DNA of 61,884 nt, filler included, from Basidiobolus ranarum (taxonomy: Eukaryota), in the NCBI GenBank assembly GCA_040143965.1. It is 4 parts of 4 records of this genome, joined end to end, with 100 filler letters (N's around TTAATTAATTAA, not from the genome) between each part and the next. Parts side by side here need not be neighbours in the genome. Positions count along the whole stretch, not along the records: positions 1 to 15,433 come from JASJQH010007254.1; positions 15,534 to 30,953 come from JASJQH010007255.1; 2 more parts are not named here. One strand, given 5' to 3'. Under the pieces are notes generated by a model. The model was not told the DNA's origin. It ran no database searches and was given only the letters and a program-made list of their open reading frames with translations. Below are positions 1 through 16,068 of this stretch, piece by piece; the first letter of the stretch is position 1, and each line of letters begins with the position of its first letter. Made by a program: the position numbers and the translations under genes.

Positions 1-582
1 TACGAGCTTCACGATTTTGGCAACTGAGAGTGTCTACAAAAGTAAATGTTAGTTGAATCACAAACACAATAAAATCCTTACAAAGAACTTACCTTCTTGA
101 TAATTTTCATCCATTCGGAAAGTTCTTCTACCAAAGCCATTTCGGGCCATTTGTTCACTGGTAAAGGCTTGCCATAAATAAGCGGCACATCTAAAACGCT
201 CAATAGCGCCTTCAAGACCACATTCATTTCTCTTGCATTCTGGTGCATCAAGTTGAGCGGGACTATCCTTGGCTAGCATGATAACTAATCTCAAGGGGGG
301 GTTTTGAAGAGGGGGAGTGTAAACTAACTCTAAGTAAGTCTGTCGACCTTCATACGAGAATACTACTTGGTTGGGACCAGGTTGAAGATGTACCAAGCAC
401 TTGAAATAGCTATCAACTACTGGCCATTGAATAGGAGGGAAATTGGAACTTTGGACGGTTACTACGTTTTCAAAGCGTGAACCTTCAGGTCCAGCCCGGC
501 CATACACCAAGAGAACTCTTTGGTAGATATTCTCTCCGTTTTGTACGTTAATAATACTTGGAGCTGTTGCGGAAAATGACAT
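1..582 (-). CDS. Putative zinc metallopeptidase (YIL108W/Metallopep-like), 5' part; runs off contig start
   Basis: ATG at 582. Motifs FKCLVHLQPGPN, PLRLVIMLAKDSP and AAYLWQAFTSEQMARNGFGRRTF. GT-AG intron 92..34, after which the frame continues DTLSCQNREAR. Confidence 0.75.
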
Positions 583-2166
583 GGTTGTACACAATTCAGA
601 CACTATTAGTAGTTGATTATATATGAAATTACATGAGACTAGAAAAGAGTGTACAAACAAAGCCCTAGCTGCTTTATGATTGGCCTATTCCGGATCAAAC
701 GTCATTGTATGACGCAATAATGTGGTGTCAATAACAAACTCCACTATTACACCGCGCATTCTCACTTCAACTTTTAGCAACAGTCACACCTTTGATCATC
801 ATGGATTTCTTCGAAGTTGCACTTGTAGATATATCATACCCTTGTAATCTGGGATTTCATCTGGTAAATGAAGTATTGGATATCAACCTTCTCAAACCAT
901 TAATCTATCACGCTGCCATCTCAAAATATTAAGCATGGAAACTTGGCTGTAAATACATGCGTGCCAGGAATTCAGAAATGAACAAAGTTCTTTAACTATC
1001 ACAAGTGGTGACAGCAGATGAACTCGTCTTTGTTCTTTTGACATAGTTCTGGTATTTTCCAGCACGCATCTTTCTTCTTGTGAACAAACTGAATTGTATT
1101 TGCTCCGTTATCCCCTGTCGAGAGGGTATTCCTGGTAAGGATTACAACACTCAAATTTGGCCTACTCCAATTCCAATACCCTTCTCATGCCTTTTTTTCG
1201 CTAATGATCTGTTACATGCATTAACAACACCTGAAGGTTAAAATGGGTTGTTTTCGTTAGTTTGCTTGGGAAGCAATTTCTAGTAGAGATAAATCTGGTA
1301 GTCATTGCTGGTTCCTATTTTGGTCGTAGTTGTTCAGGCTCTGGTTGCTATTTTAAATTTACTCTAAACTCAACATCAAAGTGATGTGATTCATCGTTAG
1401 ACACATCAAGCAGTGTATAGCCAAAGAGGGGTCCCCAGGACTTTCGAAGAATCATGATTCCGATGTTTACGATTGAGATTTTTTAAATTGGCTTGGCATA
1501 GTTTCTTGCTAAACGTCATTTATTTTCAGTTCTCATTACTTTGATCAAGTGACCCGTAAAATACAAGTATCTCCTATCGTGCTGTCACTACATATATAAT
1601 TATAATTCTCGGTGGCACCTGCATCAACTAAATCTGAATCTAGCATCGGAATTGAAATCTTGAGTAATTTATCGGAGCTTTAATAATTAGTTCCAAATGA
1701 AATTTATACATGTAGTACTGGGCTCAAACATTACAACAGATAAATAAACGCCCGACAATATTGAAATAATGTCTCTCAACCCGACGCATACACATATATG
1801 CATATAAATACTGATTAAAAAAGAAAGAAAAGAGACCACCAATAGTATTGAGCGGGTAAACCTTTAGTTTAGAGTGCATTAACTGCATACATGAATCATT
1901 TCTTTCCACTCTGCACTCGTTCCTCCCAGCAATCAAGTTCAGTACACATAAGCTCGGGTTTATCATATTTATCTCTTGGTTTCCTCTCTTCTTGACTAAA
2001 ACTTATTTACTATCTTGACGCTGACACTCCAATTATTGACTCCACCCTTTTTGGGCCTCTGCTAGTTCGACGACAATAGCATATCCTGTTATCAAAAGAA
2101 ACCACCTTTCACCCCTAGCCTTTCATTTTTGAAGGCCTTCTTTCCATTAACAAACCAATAGAGAAC

Positions 2167-5282
<3,116 letters not shown>

Positions 5283-5953
5283 AGGATTCTTCCTAGCCTT
5301 TCCCATTACTATTTACAGACATTCTTTGCTACAACACTCCATATATTTTGTAAACTTTCTTCAAACTCATTTGACATAATGTCCATCTTCATCATTCCCA
5401 CTCTACAGAGGGAAACAAAGCTCATGCATCCATGTATTTTTTGTAGTTTTATGTGGCGAAAATGATCGCTAAGCCAAGAACTATCACTCGTATACTTTAT
5501 GTTATCTTCTTCAATCTGACCCTATTTAAACTAAAGCGATTCTTAATAAATATCCCATTCATAGGGTTACCCTATCAATGTATAAACAAAGCAGTTGAAT
5601 GAGCTACGTATATAGTGTGCTATTATAGGATTTCCCAGTCAGAGTCTTTAACTTCAACCAGCGTAGCATCTGCAGTAAAATTGAAGATATGACATATTTC
5701 GTAGTAAAAATAGATTTACTTTCCATTCCAGAGACGCAAGCTACTACATTCGATGAATTTTGAATGGTGCTAATATTGTGAAAGGTACTTCCTGATCTTC
5801 GTTAACTTGTAGTCATATTGATGTCTTCAAATAAATGATTTTTATACAACCACTATTATAACTGTATCACGTGAGCAAGATCATCAAAATTAAACAAATA
5901 GTAGCGTCTCTATATGTAAACATTCTAAATTATGTTCGACTCAATAACATCAA

Positions 5954-8044
5954 ATGGCTTACAAGCGTACTTTTCCTCAAAGTTCAAGCTCAGAAATTGA
6001 TACACAAATAAATGGGGATAAACAACTTCATGAACGGAATGTGTACCGTCAGAAACCGCCAAATTTTGCTAAACTTGCGGAAAGATATCCAGAATTTGGA
6101 AAATAGTATGTTTTGTTGCTCTTATGATTCCAACCAAACTTTGCATGTTAAGTACTTGGAATTTTGTTTAGTGTCAACGTAAATCAGGGAATTGGAAAGA
6201 TCGACTTCAAAGATCCAGAGGCAGTTCGGTAATTTACTTCTACTTTTAACTCATTCTCTCAAATATACCCCATATTTACCTATACAACTTCTCATTTAGC
6301 CAACTTGCATATACACTATTGAAGGATGACTTTGATTTGGAGGTTGATTTTCCTTTGGATAGATTGTGCCCTATGGTAAGCGAATAGATTATGTCTTACT
6401 TGTGATTTTGGAATTGTCTCGTGGTAGGTAACCTTATATTATAAATCTTATGGCTCACCTCTTGTTTCTTTAAGATTCCCAATAGGTAGAGTGTTCAATG
6501 CGACACCTTAACATAACCTCTCTCTAAATGTATGCGCTTATTTACGCAGACTCAACTATCTACTCTGGATAGAAGATCTATTGAAAGCAACAAAAATAGA
6601 CCAAGAAGACATTATAAAGGGAATCGACATGTACGTGATATGGTTTACTAATAACCCTTACAACGGTTACACCTAAAACTAAACATTATTGTTCTTAGCG
6701 GGATTGGTGCTTCCTGTATCTACCCTTTATTAGGATGTCGCTTGAACTCCACTTGGAATTTTTTAGGAACAGGTATAGAGCTTGGAACATTGTATTACTC
6801 AACATGCTAAACATTTCTTGAATAGAAATTGATTCACGCTCGTTCTCTTACGCTAAAGCCAACGTAATAAGAAATGAACTGTCAGATCGTATACAACTGT
6901 ATTTAAATCCCACCACGAAGACCTTACCCTTAAACGAAATTGATGAGAATTCAAGGTACGTGTGAGTTGATGTGATTGAAGAATAACGTTTTATATGAAC
7001 TAAATGGATACTTTTAGATATTCATTCACTATGTGCAATCCACCTTTTTATGAAAGTTATGAACAGGTTGAGGCAGGTATCAACACAAAAAAGTTGAAAC
7101 CACATGCGGTAATATTCGAGATCACTTCGACCACTCTACTTAGAATGTAGCTAACATTTACATGTAGGTCTGTACTGGCTCTTCAAATGAATTGATTACC
7201 CAAGGTGGGGAAGCTCAGTTCATATCAGCCATGATATCCGAGAGCTTGGAACTTTTGGACCGAGTGAGGTACCTTAACTGATACATTTCAACCCGAACTG
7301 ATGCTGGTTCTAAGAATTCTCTACTCATATAGTTGGTATACAACAATGGTAGGACGTAAAGAAACTTTAGATATTGTAGTGACTAAATTGAAATCCTCAA
7401 AGGTAGCGTTGAAAATCCTATCCTATTTCATTTCAATATCTGTACAAGCATTGACACCATTAACCAGATCAACAATTATGCTGTTACTGAGTTCTGTCAA
7501 GGCGTTACTAGACGCTGGGGACTTGCTTGGTCTTTTTTAGACCAGAGGCTTTATAAGGTAAGTATAAGCTTGTCTATCAGACCAGCTGAAATTCATCGTA
7601 CTAACTCCTACCTAGGAAATCTCACAACCAGCATCGAAACGTCTAAAGAAACTGGCCCCTCCCACCACTCAGTTCACTCAAACATATTCTATATCACCAG
7701 TTGTCTGCTATAATCTCCTTAGGGACTTGATGGAAGAATTGCGTATTGAACACACTATCCATGAAAACCCTAAGACCCTCAACGGCACTGCGCGAATTAA
7801 TACATGGAGTCGATCAGCCCGACGTCTACTTCAACGAGGAGAATTTAACCTGACATGTCTATCCACAGAAAGCATTCTTTTTGAGTTCGAGAGTCAAATT
7901 GAGGCAGGGGATATCCCAGACAGTACGAATGTTAAATTCACTTGGATCAAAGGCGAGAAAAGAGACCTATTTGAGTCATTCTATAGTCATGTAAAGAAAC
8001 GCATCGAAAACCATGTTAAAGCACTATCATCAGAACATATTTGA
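5954..8044 (+). CDS. METTL16: U6 snRNA m6A methyltransferase METTL16-like; many small exons
   Basis: Spliced translation: LHERNVYRQKPPNFAKLAERYPEF, IDFKDPEAVR, LLKDDF, RLCPM-IPNR-LNYLLWIEDL, GIDIGIGASCIYPLLG, catalytic MCNPPFY, GGEAQFI, WYTTMVG, FCQGVTRRWGLAWSF. Confidence 0.9.
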
Positions 8045-8522
8045 GATCTCACTGAATACTGAATAGAATAAAATGAATTTATAGATATTTTGATGACCAA
8101 CCTGCATTTTTCCATTTATTTATTTATCTTGTGGTTACCAAGTTTACCTTGTATTCCAAAATCTACGTTATTGGCAGGAATGCGGGTTTTTTTCATCGTT
8201 TGTTGATTCGATAGATATTCGAACCACTATGAAACTTTTTTTTTCTTCCTGTAGTTTTATTTCACTAAAAAATTGGAAAATTGACATCGAATTATTTATA
8301 CTGATCTAATCAATTGAATAAATGATACACATAATGTATAACGAAAATTCAATCTAGAATGTTCGTACCCATTGTAAATCGTTGAAACCTGCCCTAGCTA
8401 GCCCAGGTAAACTTTCTTCAGCAGAGCAAAAAGACTTCTCTAATAGTTGTCAAAATAGTAAACCTAAGAAACTATTCCTCTGTTATTATCCTTCTTTTAT
8501 TTTATTTGAGTTATAATTCGTA

Positions 8523-10436
8523 ATGGTTGAAACTACTAATATCCCCACTCCTACTGGCGCTGCTGGTACCTTCAAAGACAAATCCAAACCAGTGGAAGTC
8601 AGACTTAGTAACATCGTTGCTGCTAAAGGTATTTTCATTATTCTTCCTCATTTGTTGATTTACCCTTGGCTTGATATTAATGTATTTTTACTATCTATTA
8701 AGCTGTTGCTGATGCTGTTAGAACCTCCCTCGGTCCTAAAGGCATGGATAAAATGGTATGTTCCTATCTAAAGTGATATCCCTGTTGCATTTCTCTAACA
8801 TTATAAATCAAGATCCAAACTAGCTCTGGCGAGGTTGTTATTACCAATGATGGAGCCACCATTCTTAAGCATATGGCTGTCTTACATCCTGCCGCCAAGA
8901 TGGTAAGAGCCATTTATGCCTCGGTTTTTAATAGTTTCACATGGTTAACTTCTGTATTAGTTGGTCGATTTATCTGCTGCTCAAGATGTTGAGGCTGGTG
9001 ACGGTACTACCTCTGTAGTCGTCCTCGCTGGAAGCTTACTTACTGCTGCCGAGAAACTTCTCTCTAAAGGTTGGCTCTCGAGTTCTTTAGTAATACTCAT
9101 ATTGGCAGTAAACTAACTAAAGCTATTTTCTAGGCATGCATCCTACCACAATCGCTGAGTCTTTCCAACGTGCTGCTGCTAAGACTACCGAAATCTTGAC
9201 CGCAATGGCCACCCAGATTGATTTGTCTGACAGAGAATCACTTTTAAAGAGTGCCAGTACCTCCTTAAACTCTAAGGTAATTTACACCATCTATGAAATT
9301 AACACACCAAATATTAATATGTAGTCGGCATATAGATTGTTTCTCAATACTCCAGCTTATTGTCCCCCATTGCCGTCGATGCTGTTATGAAAGTTATCGA
9401 TCCCGCCACTGCTACCAACGTTGATTTGAAAGATATTCGTATTGTCAAGAAAGTTGGCGGTACTATCGATGATACCGAGCTTATTGATGGTTTGGTCTTG
9501 ACTCAAAACGCCATCAAATCTGCTGGTGGACCTACTCGCACTGAGAAAGCCAAGATTGGTTTGATTCAATTCCAGCTCTCTCCACCCAAACCTGACATGG
9601 AAAATCAAATCATTGTCAACGATTATCGTCAAATGGACAAGATCTTGAAAGAAGAGAGACAATATCTCTTGAATATGTGCAAGAAAATCAAGAAAGCTGG
9701 ATGTAATGTCGTACTCATTCAAAAATCTATTCTCAGAGATGCTGTCAACGACCTTTCTCTACACTTTTTGTCCAAATTGAAGATCTCAGTCATCAAAGAC
9801 ATTGAAAGAGAAGAAGTGGAGTTCATCTGTAAGAGTACCGGATGTAAGCCAATTGCTGATATCGATTCTTTCACTGAGGACAAGTTGGGTTATGCCGACC
9901 TCGTCGAAGAAGTCAACAACGATGGTAGTCGTTATGTTAAGGTCACTGGTGTTAAGAATGCTGGTCGTACTGTGTCTATTCTTTGCCGTGGTGCCAACGG
10001 TCTTGTTCTTGAAGAAGCACACAGATCTCTTCATGATGCTCTCTGTGTCATCAGATGTTTAGTCAAGAAGAAGGCGCTCGTTGCTGGTGGTGGTGCTCCT
10101 GAGATTGAGGTTTCCCAAAGCCTTATGGAGTACGCCAAGACTCTCAAGGGTATGGAGGCCCACTGCTTCCAAGCCTTTGCCGAGGCTCTTGAAGTGATCC
10201 CTACCACCTTAGCAGAGAACGCTGGATTAAACCCTATTGGTATTGTCACCGAGCTCAGAAACAAGCATGCTCAGGGTGAGAAGACTGCTGGTATTAATGT
10301 CCGTAAAGGTACCATTACCAATATCCTTGAAGAGAACGTTATTCAGCCTCTTCTTGTATGCACCAGTGCCATTGAGCTTGCTGCTGAAACAGTCAAGATG
10401 ATCCTCAAGATCGACGACATCGTCCAAACCCGTTAA
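8523..10436 (+). CDS. CCT4: Chaperonin TCP-1/CCT subunit delta; several short introns
   Basis: [70 protein letters not shown]. Strong codon bias. Confidence 0.96.
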
Positions 10437-11207
10437 GAATGTTATATATTGTGGTGACTCCCAACGTAGATTCAAGAGATTTCTTTTTTACGTTCCTCGT
10501 TTGTGATTCTAAATGGTTGAGAGCCTGGGAGCTACTATATAATATAATGTTAAAAAAGCTTAATTCCTTCGTTCATTCTTGTATTACTAAATTCTAGGTC
10601 GAACACCATTTTTTCTTAGAACGAGAAAGATTTTCGTCACTTTAGCTTTCTTTTTACTTGACTCTCTCATATCCATTCTACTCTGTCATGATTTTCAAGC
10701 TTCATTTCATCTTTTCAAAACTTGAAAATGGAAAATAAATAATTATTAAACCATAAAAGCGATCGTTCTCAATGAAACTGGGAGAAGGCACTCAACAAAA
10801 CCTGTTCATCGGAACATCTCCACTGTCCAACACTACCGAGACTTCTCTTGAGTGGTCGTTGCAAAGCCACTAGTTGAACTGCAGTGATATATGTAAATGC
10901 TACGCAAGTAACAGATACAAATTAAGCAAGAAAATGAATCAAAACATTCATACATCATACCCTTTGGAATGTTACTAAATCAACCTCCGATGGTTTCTTA
11001 GCCAATCAAAAGCGGTGATTATCCTCTAGGTGATTTTTCACCTTCAAGATGCGGACGAGCCCCGGGTAGCAAATGGATAATTTGAAATTTGGTGGTTTTA
11101 AAGTTGAAATCGATTTGGAAATTGGGTTCTTCCTTTTCAGCTATCCTTTGGTGTTGGATATCGTATCGTTTATTCTCGGTCACCCATCCAATTAAAGTTA
11201 TTTAGAC

Positions 11208-11833
11208 ATGCCCCCAAAGGCCGATCCCAACGAAGTCAAGATCAGTAAGTAACTTCTCGTACTACGATAAGTCTACCGTCATTAACCATGAAACATTATG
11301 TTTAGTCTACCTCAGGGCTACTGGTGGTGAAGTTGGTGCTTCTTCCGCCCTTGCCCCCAAGATTGGTCCCCTTGGTTTGTCTCCCAAGAAGGTTGGTGAA
11401 GATATTGCCAAGGCTACCCAAGACTGGAAGGGTCTTCGTATCACCATTCAATTGACTATTCAAAACCGTCAAGCTGCCGTCTCTGTCGTCCCTTCTGCTT
11501 CTTCTTTAGTCATTAGAGCTCTTAAGGAGCCTATCCGTGATCGTAAGAAGGAGAAGAACATCAAACATTCTGGTAATATTACCTTGGAGGATGTTATTGA
11601 GATTGCCAGAACCATGCGTTTCAAGTCTTTGGCTCGTGAGTTGAAGGGTACCGTCAAGGAAATCCTTGGTACTTGTTTCTCTGTTGGCTGTACCGTTGAT
11701 GGTCAAAGCCCCAAGGATCTTTCTGACTCTATCGATGATGGTGAAGTCGAAATTCCCGTAAGTGAACTTTAAATGTTTATTCTCGAACTCATCATTAAGC
11801 ACGTATTATTTCTCAAATATCTAGGAAAACTAA
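11208..11833 (+). CDS. RPL12: 60S ribosomal protein L12 (uL11); exons 11208-11244, 11306-11757, 11825-11833
   Basis: [50 protein letters not shown]...KHSGNI...GCTVDG. Canonical introns; 9-nt last coding exon GAA AAC TAA. Confidence 0.97.
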
Positions 11834-12263
11834 ATGGCGTATGTGTTGAGGTGTACGATGCTGTTATTGTCAATAAACTTTCAAAATAGCATTTAAAATA
11901 AGTTCTTGATTTTCATAATATTCACAAGTGTCCTTTACTTTCAATTTCTTCGAATGTTATGGCAAAAACGATCTTTTTAAAGTGATAGAATCCTGTTCCT
12001 TAAATGCTAAATAGCCAAAATATACGCGATTGCGGAAGCTTTAATGTTAGAAAGTTGATTGCCTATCCAGATTCAATTTTTCAAGTAAATAAGATCTGAT
12101 AAAATTCACGAAATTCGTCGAATTGCTGATCATTTAATTAAGTGAGCTGATGGATATCGTTATCATCGTCTTGTACCTGCTTCTAGTAATGGGTAATATA
12201 TTGAAATGATTTTACAAAGATTATTTATATTCACATAACGTGTACTTCGTAGTAAGCCCAAGT

Positions 12264-12930
12264 ATGACAAGCACTTCACAACCGAAGCCGCAGGTATGTA
12301 CTATTATTTCTTCATACAAGGCTAAAAAACTATAGCTCTAATACAGTTCCCATTAAGTCTAAAAAAGCTACACTTGATAAACTACGCGAAGCCGAAAAAG
12401 AACTCCAAGAGTATCTTGAACGTAAAAAACATGTAGATCGTAAACTGGTAATAGGATTGTTAGACAAAGCTCTTTTTTTCCTTTTAGTCTAAATAATTCT
12501 CCTATTTTAGACTGATATAGAAGTCAAGATCTATCGAATGGAGGAAAATTACGTAGAGGCAACCTCTCACACTGGAAACGTAATCCAAGGTTTCGATAAT
12601 TATCTTAACACAAGAAGTGAAAAGAAACGAGTAAAAACAAGCGATTCTCAACGAATATTTACTAAATCTTCCACTACGGCCTACAAGGTATTTCTTGTTT
12701 CTTATCAGTTTTTATTCAATCGAATACTAACTTTCTTCTGGAAGGCTATTGAGACTATTGAGGATGATGATTCTAGCCTAGGTGAACGTTCAAGGAGTGT
12801 CACCCCACAACATCTCAAATCCATTCAACGTACTTACAAAAAGAAGAAATACATGGTTGAAACCCCTAAGAATCCCAAAAAAATCCGGTTCTCTTTGAGT
12901 AAGGATACCGAAGAAGAGCTAGATATTTAG
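12264..12930 (+). CDS. EAF6: NuA4/NuA3 histone acetyltransferase subunit Eaf6-like; about 4 exons
   Basis: Coiled N-terminus (ELQEYLERKKHVDRKL), then IEVKIYRMEENY, GNVIQGFDNYL and RIFTKSSTT, matching the Eaf6 pattern. Confidence 0.8.
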
Positions 12931-14705
12931 TCTTTTTTCAGTGAATATAGTTCTCCGAAAACCTAGAATCTAAGTCGGTCTTCTATGTAATTAAATATTG
13001 AAAGCTGAATATCATGAAGTTTCACTAGTCAGTAATATATTATTTAGTATATCATCAGTGCTATTCCTTTTTTTGAAAGTTCAATGTTAATAATAAAATC
13101 TGTCTTTATATTTCACTTTTTTTTGTACCTATTGGAGCTTATGACAGCATTTCAATTCATTGGAGGTTGCCGAGATAGACTTGAAATGCACTTTACATAT
13201 TCACACCAAATGTCTTCATTGTTACCTTGTATTTCCAGTGAGGTACCATATATCAACCTTCCATCATTTGCAAAAATCTTCTTGACATCTGAGGATGTTA
13301 CTTTGGTTCTTGTTTGCAAGTATTTTGCAAATACTGTATCTCTCGCGAATGTTTCAGCAATAGACTCAATAGGAAATCCAAATCATACAAGAGCACTGAA
13401 TAAGACTGACAAGATCTAAAGGGAATCAAGAATCGAGAACTCTATCCTCAGTAGAGTTGGATCGTTACAGGGCTTTACTAATAATGGCAATTCTGTTACC
13501 GTCCTTGCCGTATTCACCTTGTGAGGTTATCTTAATAATATCATTTACGGAGAGAGCTACTGACATGTAACAATATAAATTGTATATCATACTCTATTCC
13601 TTCAAATGCTTGAAAGAGAGAGGGGGAATGGATTGTAGCCCAAATGAAGGTCTAAATTTGTCTATGGATTGATCCTCATAGGTTGTTGGTATATAGAAAT
13701 GACGCTGCGCGAGTTAGTGGCCTTAATCATCCCTGGAAATGCCTTTGAAGGATATGACTAGGTCATTGATGTTAGACTGAGCACTCCTGAAGCTTGCCCA
13801 TATTTTTAGGATTCTTGATACTAGTGATGGTGTGTAGCAGCGATACTTGGACATGTCATAAAGATTGATAAGAGTAGATGGATTCTTCAATTGGTGTATT
13901 CAACTCCAATATTCACGTGATATACTGAGATCATCTTGATTGTGTACGATGCTTTCAGGATACCCAAGACTAAAAATGGTACTTTTCAAATTCATTTAAT
14001 AGCCCCAATTACGGAAACTAGTTCTTGGTATAATGTCATTTGTCACTTCGGACTAGTGAAATTTGGGTTCAAGAGCCATGTTCCCAATCGGAGTACAATC
14101 TTCTTTACCAAGCTCAAGTGCAAACAATCCCCGTACTGAGGGTTGCGAATGAGTGGTAAATGTACTGAATAATCGTGAATTAGTGGAGCCAAAGTAATTT
14201 CCGATTAGATTAATTTCTACCAAAATATAGTCGAATCAGTGACACTACAAATCTCCCGCTGTGGCTGAGATTTTGAAAGGCCAGTAACCTTACTTGTTGG
14301 AATTTGACAAGCGCAGTTTTTAAATGAGAAAATGGTAGGGCCTTTGGCTAGTCACTTCATTGGTTTGTTAGCTTCTCAAGTGTTCATCCAAGCATCTATG
14401 TTGCGTGAGTCAGCTTGGTGATCATAAGTAGTTCTACGGTGACCGAGGTTACATTATGAGTAAACTTCCAAACGCCAAGGCCCCACCTCAACATATTCAA
14501 CAATGCAAGCTGAGCGATAAAACCATACTGGTATTCATTTTTACCAGCGTATACTATAAAAGTGCTCAGGAAGATAGCCTGATAATCTGGTTTTTCTCTC
14601 AACTCTTTACTTCATCTGAAATTCCCTTCGCTGCTTATACCTTTTGATTTCTTTATTTATCAGTAAGTATACTCTTTAAAAAGCCGCTTGAACTCGAATA
14701 CCATC

Positions 14706-15433
14706 ATGTCTGTGATTACCGCGTCACGTCTCTTTAGATTCGTATTAATCTCCCTGTGTTCCTTGTGGATGCTACAGCTACTCAATTACCAATGTGTTGC
14801 CGGACAAGTGGTATCTTCAGATCCAAATGTGAATGATGAAGATACTGACGGCAACACCAACGATGGCACCGCCCTGAGTGACCCAAGTGATCTTGGTAAT
14901 GGTTTGGATGATGGCACCACTGGTGATGATATTGGGCCAGACCCTGGTCCAGATCCCGATGATGCAACCAGCATGGGGGGCGCAGATCAAGATGGAACAG
15001 GAATAGAAGGCAATACTACCATGCCTTTGACTACATCTACAGGACCAATGCCAATATCCACTCAAATCACGGAAGAATCCATGAAGCCTTTCTCCTTTGT
15101 ATCATGGCAATTATCAATATTAGAAGATAACAAACGTCGAATGAACGCCTTTGATCGTGGATTTCAGGATTCATTATATACACTAAAAAAAAAGGCAGAT
15201 TTGGCTTTGAAGAGTAATCAAACATACACAGTCACATCGAAGCAAAATCTAGCTCCAAGCATGAATAAGCATGATTACTTGTCTTTAGCACGATATTACT
15301 GGCCAAACAATAGTACCGCCAATGGACTTCCATATATCCGTAGAGATGGCTATTCGAACACTGAGATAAATACCGCACCAGATTACAAGCTATTTCGCAC
15401 CCTCACCAACTACATTCAATACCTTAGCTTGGC
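14706..15433 (+). CDS. Secreted alginate-lyase-family polysaccharide lyase, truncated by contig end
   Basis: Hydrophobic N-terminal signal/anchor and D/G/P-rich linker, then YTVTSK, KHDYLSLARYYWP and GLPYIRRDG-x-SN-x-E, the hallmark of the Alginate_lyase family. Confidence 0.75.
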
Positions 15434-15533
15434 NNNNNNNNNNNNNNNNNNNNNNNNNNNNNNNNNNNNNNNNNNNNTTAATTAATTAANNNNNNNNNNN
15501 NNNNNNNNNNNNNNNNNNNNNNNNNNNNNNNNN
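15434..15533. other. Artificial contig spacer N44-TTAATTAATTAA-N44
   Basis: Exactly 100 nt with a six-frame stop linker; identical at all three gaps. Confidence 0.98.
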
Positions 15534-16068
15534 ATGTATGGGCGCCTGTCCACAAGCTGAACTTGATGGATTTATGAAGAATTTCAGGCCTGTCTGTAAC
15601 TGGTATGGAGAAGCAGTTGGTAAGGATACTACCACTAATGCGCTCAACAAATCAAGTTCAAGTGCTATTTCGGCCACTAGTAGCCAAGAATCACAAACTC
15701 CTGTTCCTACTAAGTCTGCTGATGATCAGTCATCGAGTACTTCAGCCACCTCTATCCAAGACTCTCAAACCACCGCACCGACTGCTTCAGCTGGCACCTC
15801 TAGCCAAGATTCTCAAACCCCAGTTCCGATTTCATCAGTAGAGCCTTCTGGTAATTCAGCTAGCGCTCAGAGCTCACAAGCATCCGCCTCAACCAATTCA
15901 GCTAATACCTCGGCTACCACTAATCAAAGTTCTCAAACTCCTTCCACAGCCAAACCAGTGGATCCTAAGACATCACAAAATAATTCCAACTCTGCCGCTG
16001 TCACTGTACACACTAGCGGTATGCTAGCGCTAGGAAGTCTCTTGGCAATTTTTATCGTTCAACTTTAA
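15534..16068 (+). CDS. 3' fragment of a Ser/Thr-rich, probably GPI-anchored cell-surface protein
   Basis: End of a Cys-containing domain, S/T-rich stalk with SSQ(E/D)SQTP repeats, small-residue omega region NSAA and hydrophobic C-terminus. 5' end lost at the contig start. Confidence 0.65.

Noticed and set aside
9357-10475. Antisense and alternative-frame ORFs over CCT4 (similarly over RPL12, GFA1, CYS3 and PDR)
   Set aside because: Shadows of strong codon bias with no independent motifs.
13380-13390. In-frame TGA as selenocysteine
   Set aside because: The peptide resembles no selenoprotein family, has no redox motif, and no SECIS was identified.
15434-15533. TTAATTAATTAA palindrome in N runs (also at 30998 and 46480) as a biological repeat; alginate lyase and the GPI fragment as one gene
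   Set aside because: Identical 100-nt spacers join contigs sorted by decreasing length. This is a concatenation artefact, so genes on either side are unlinked.
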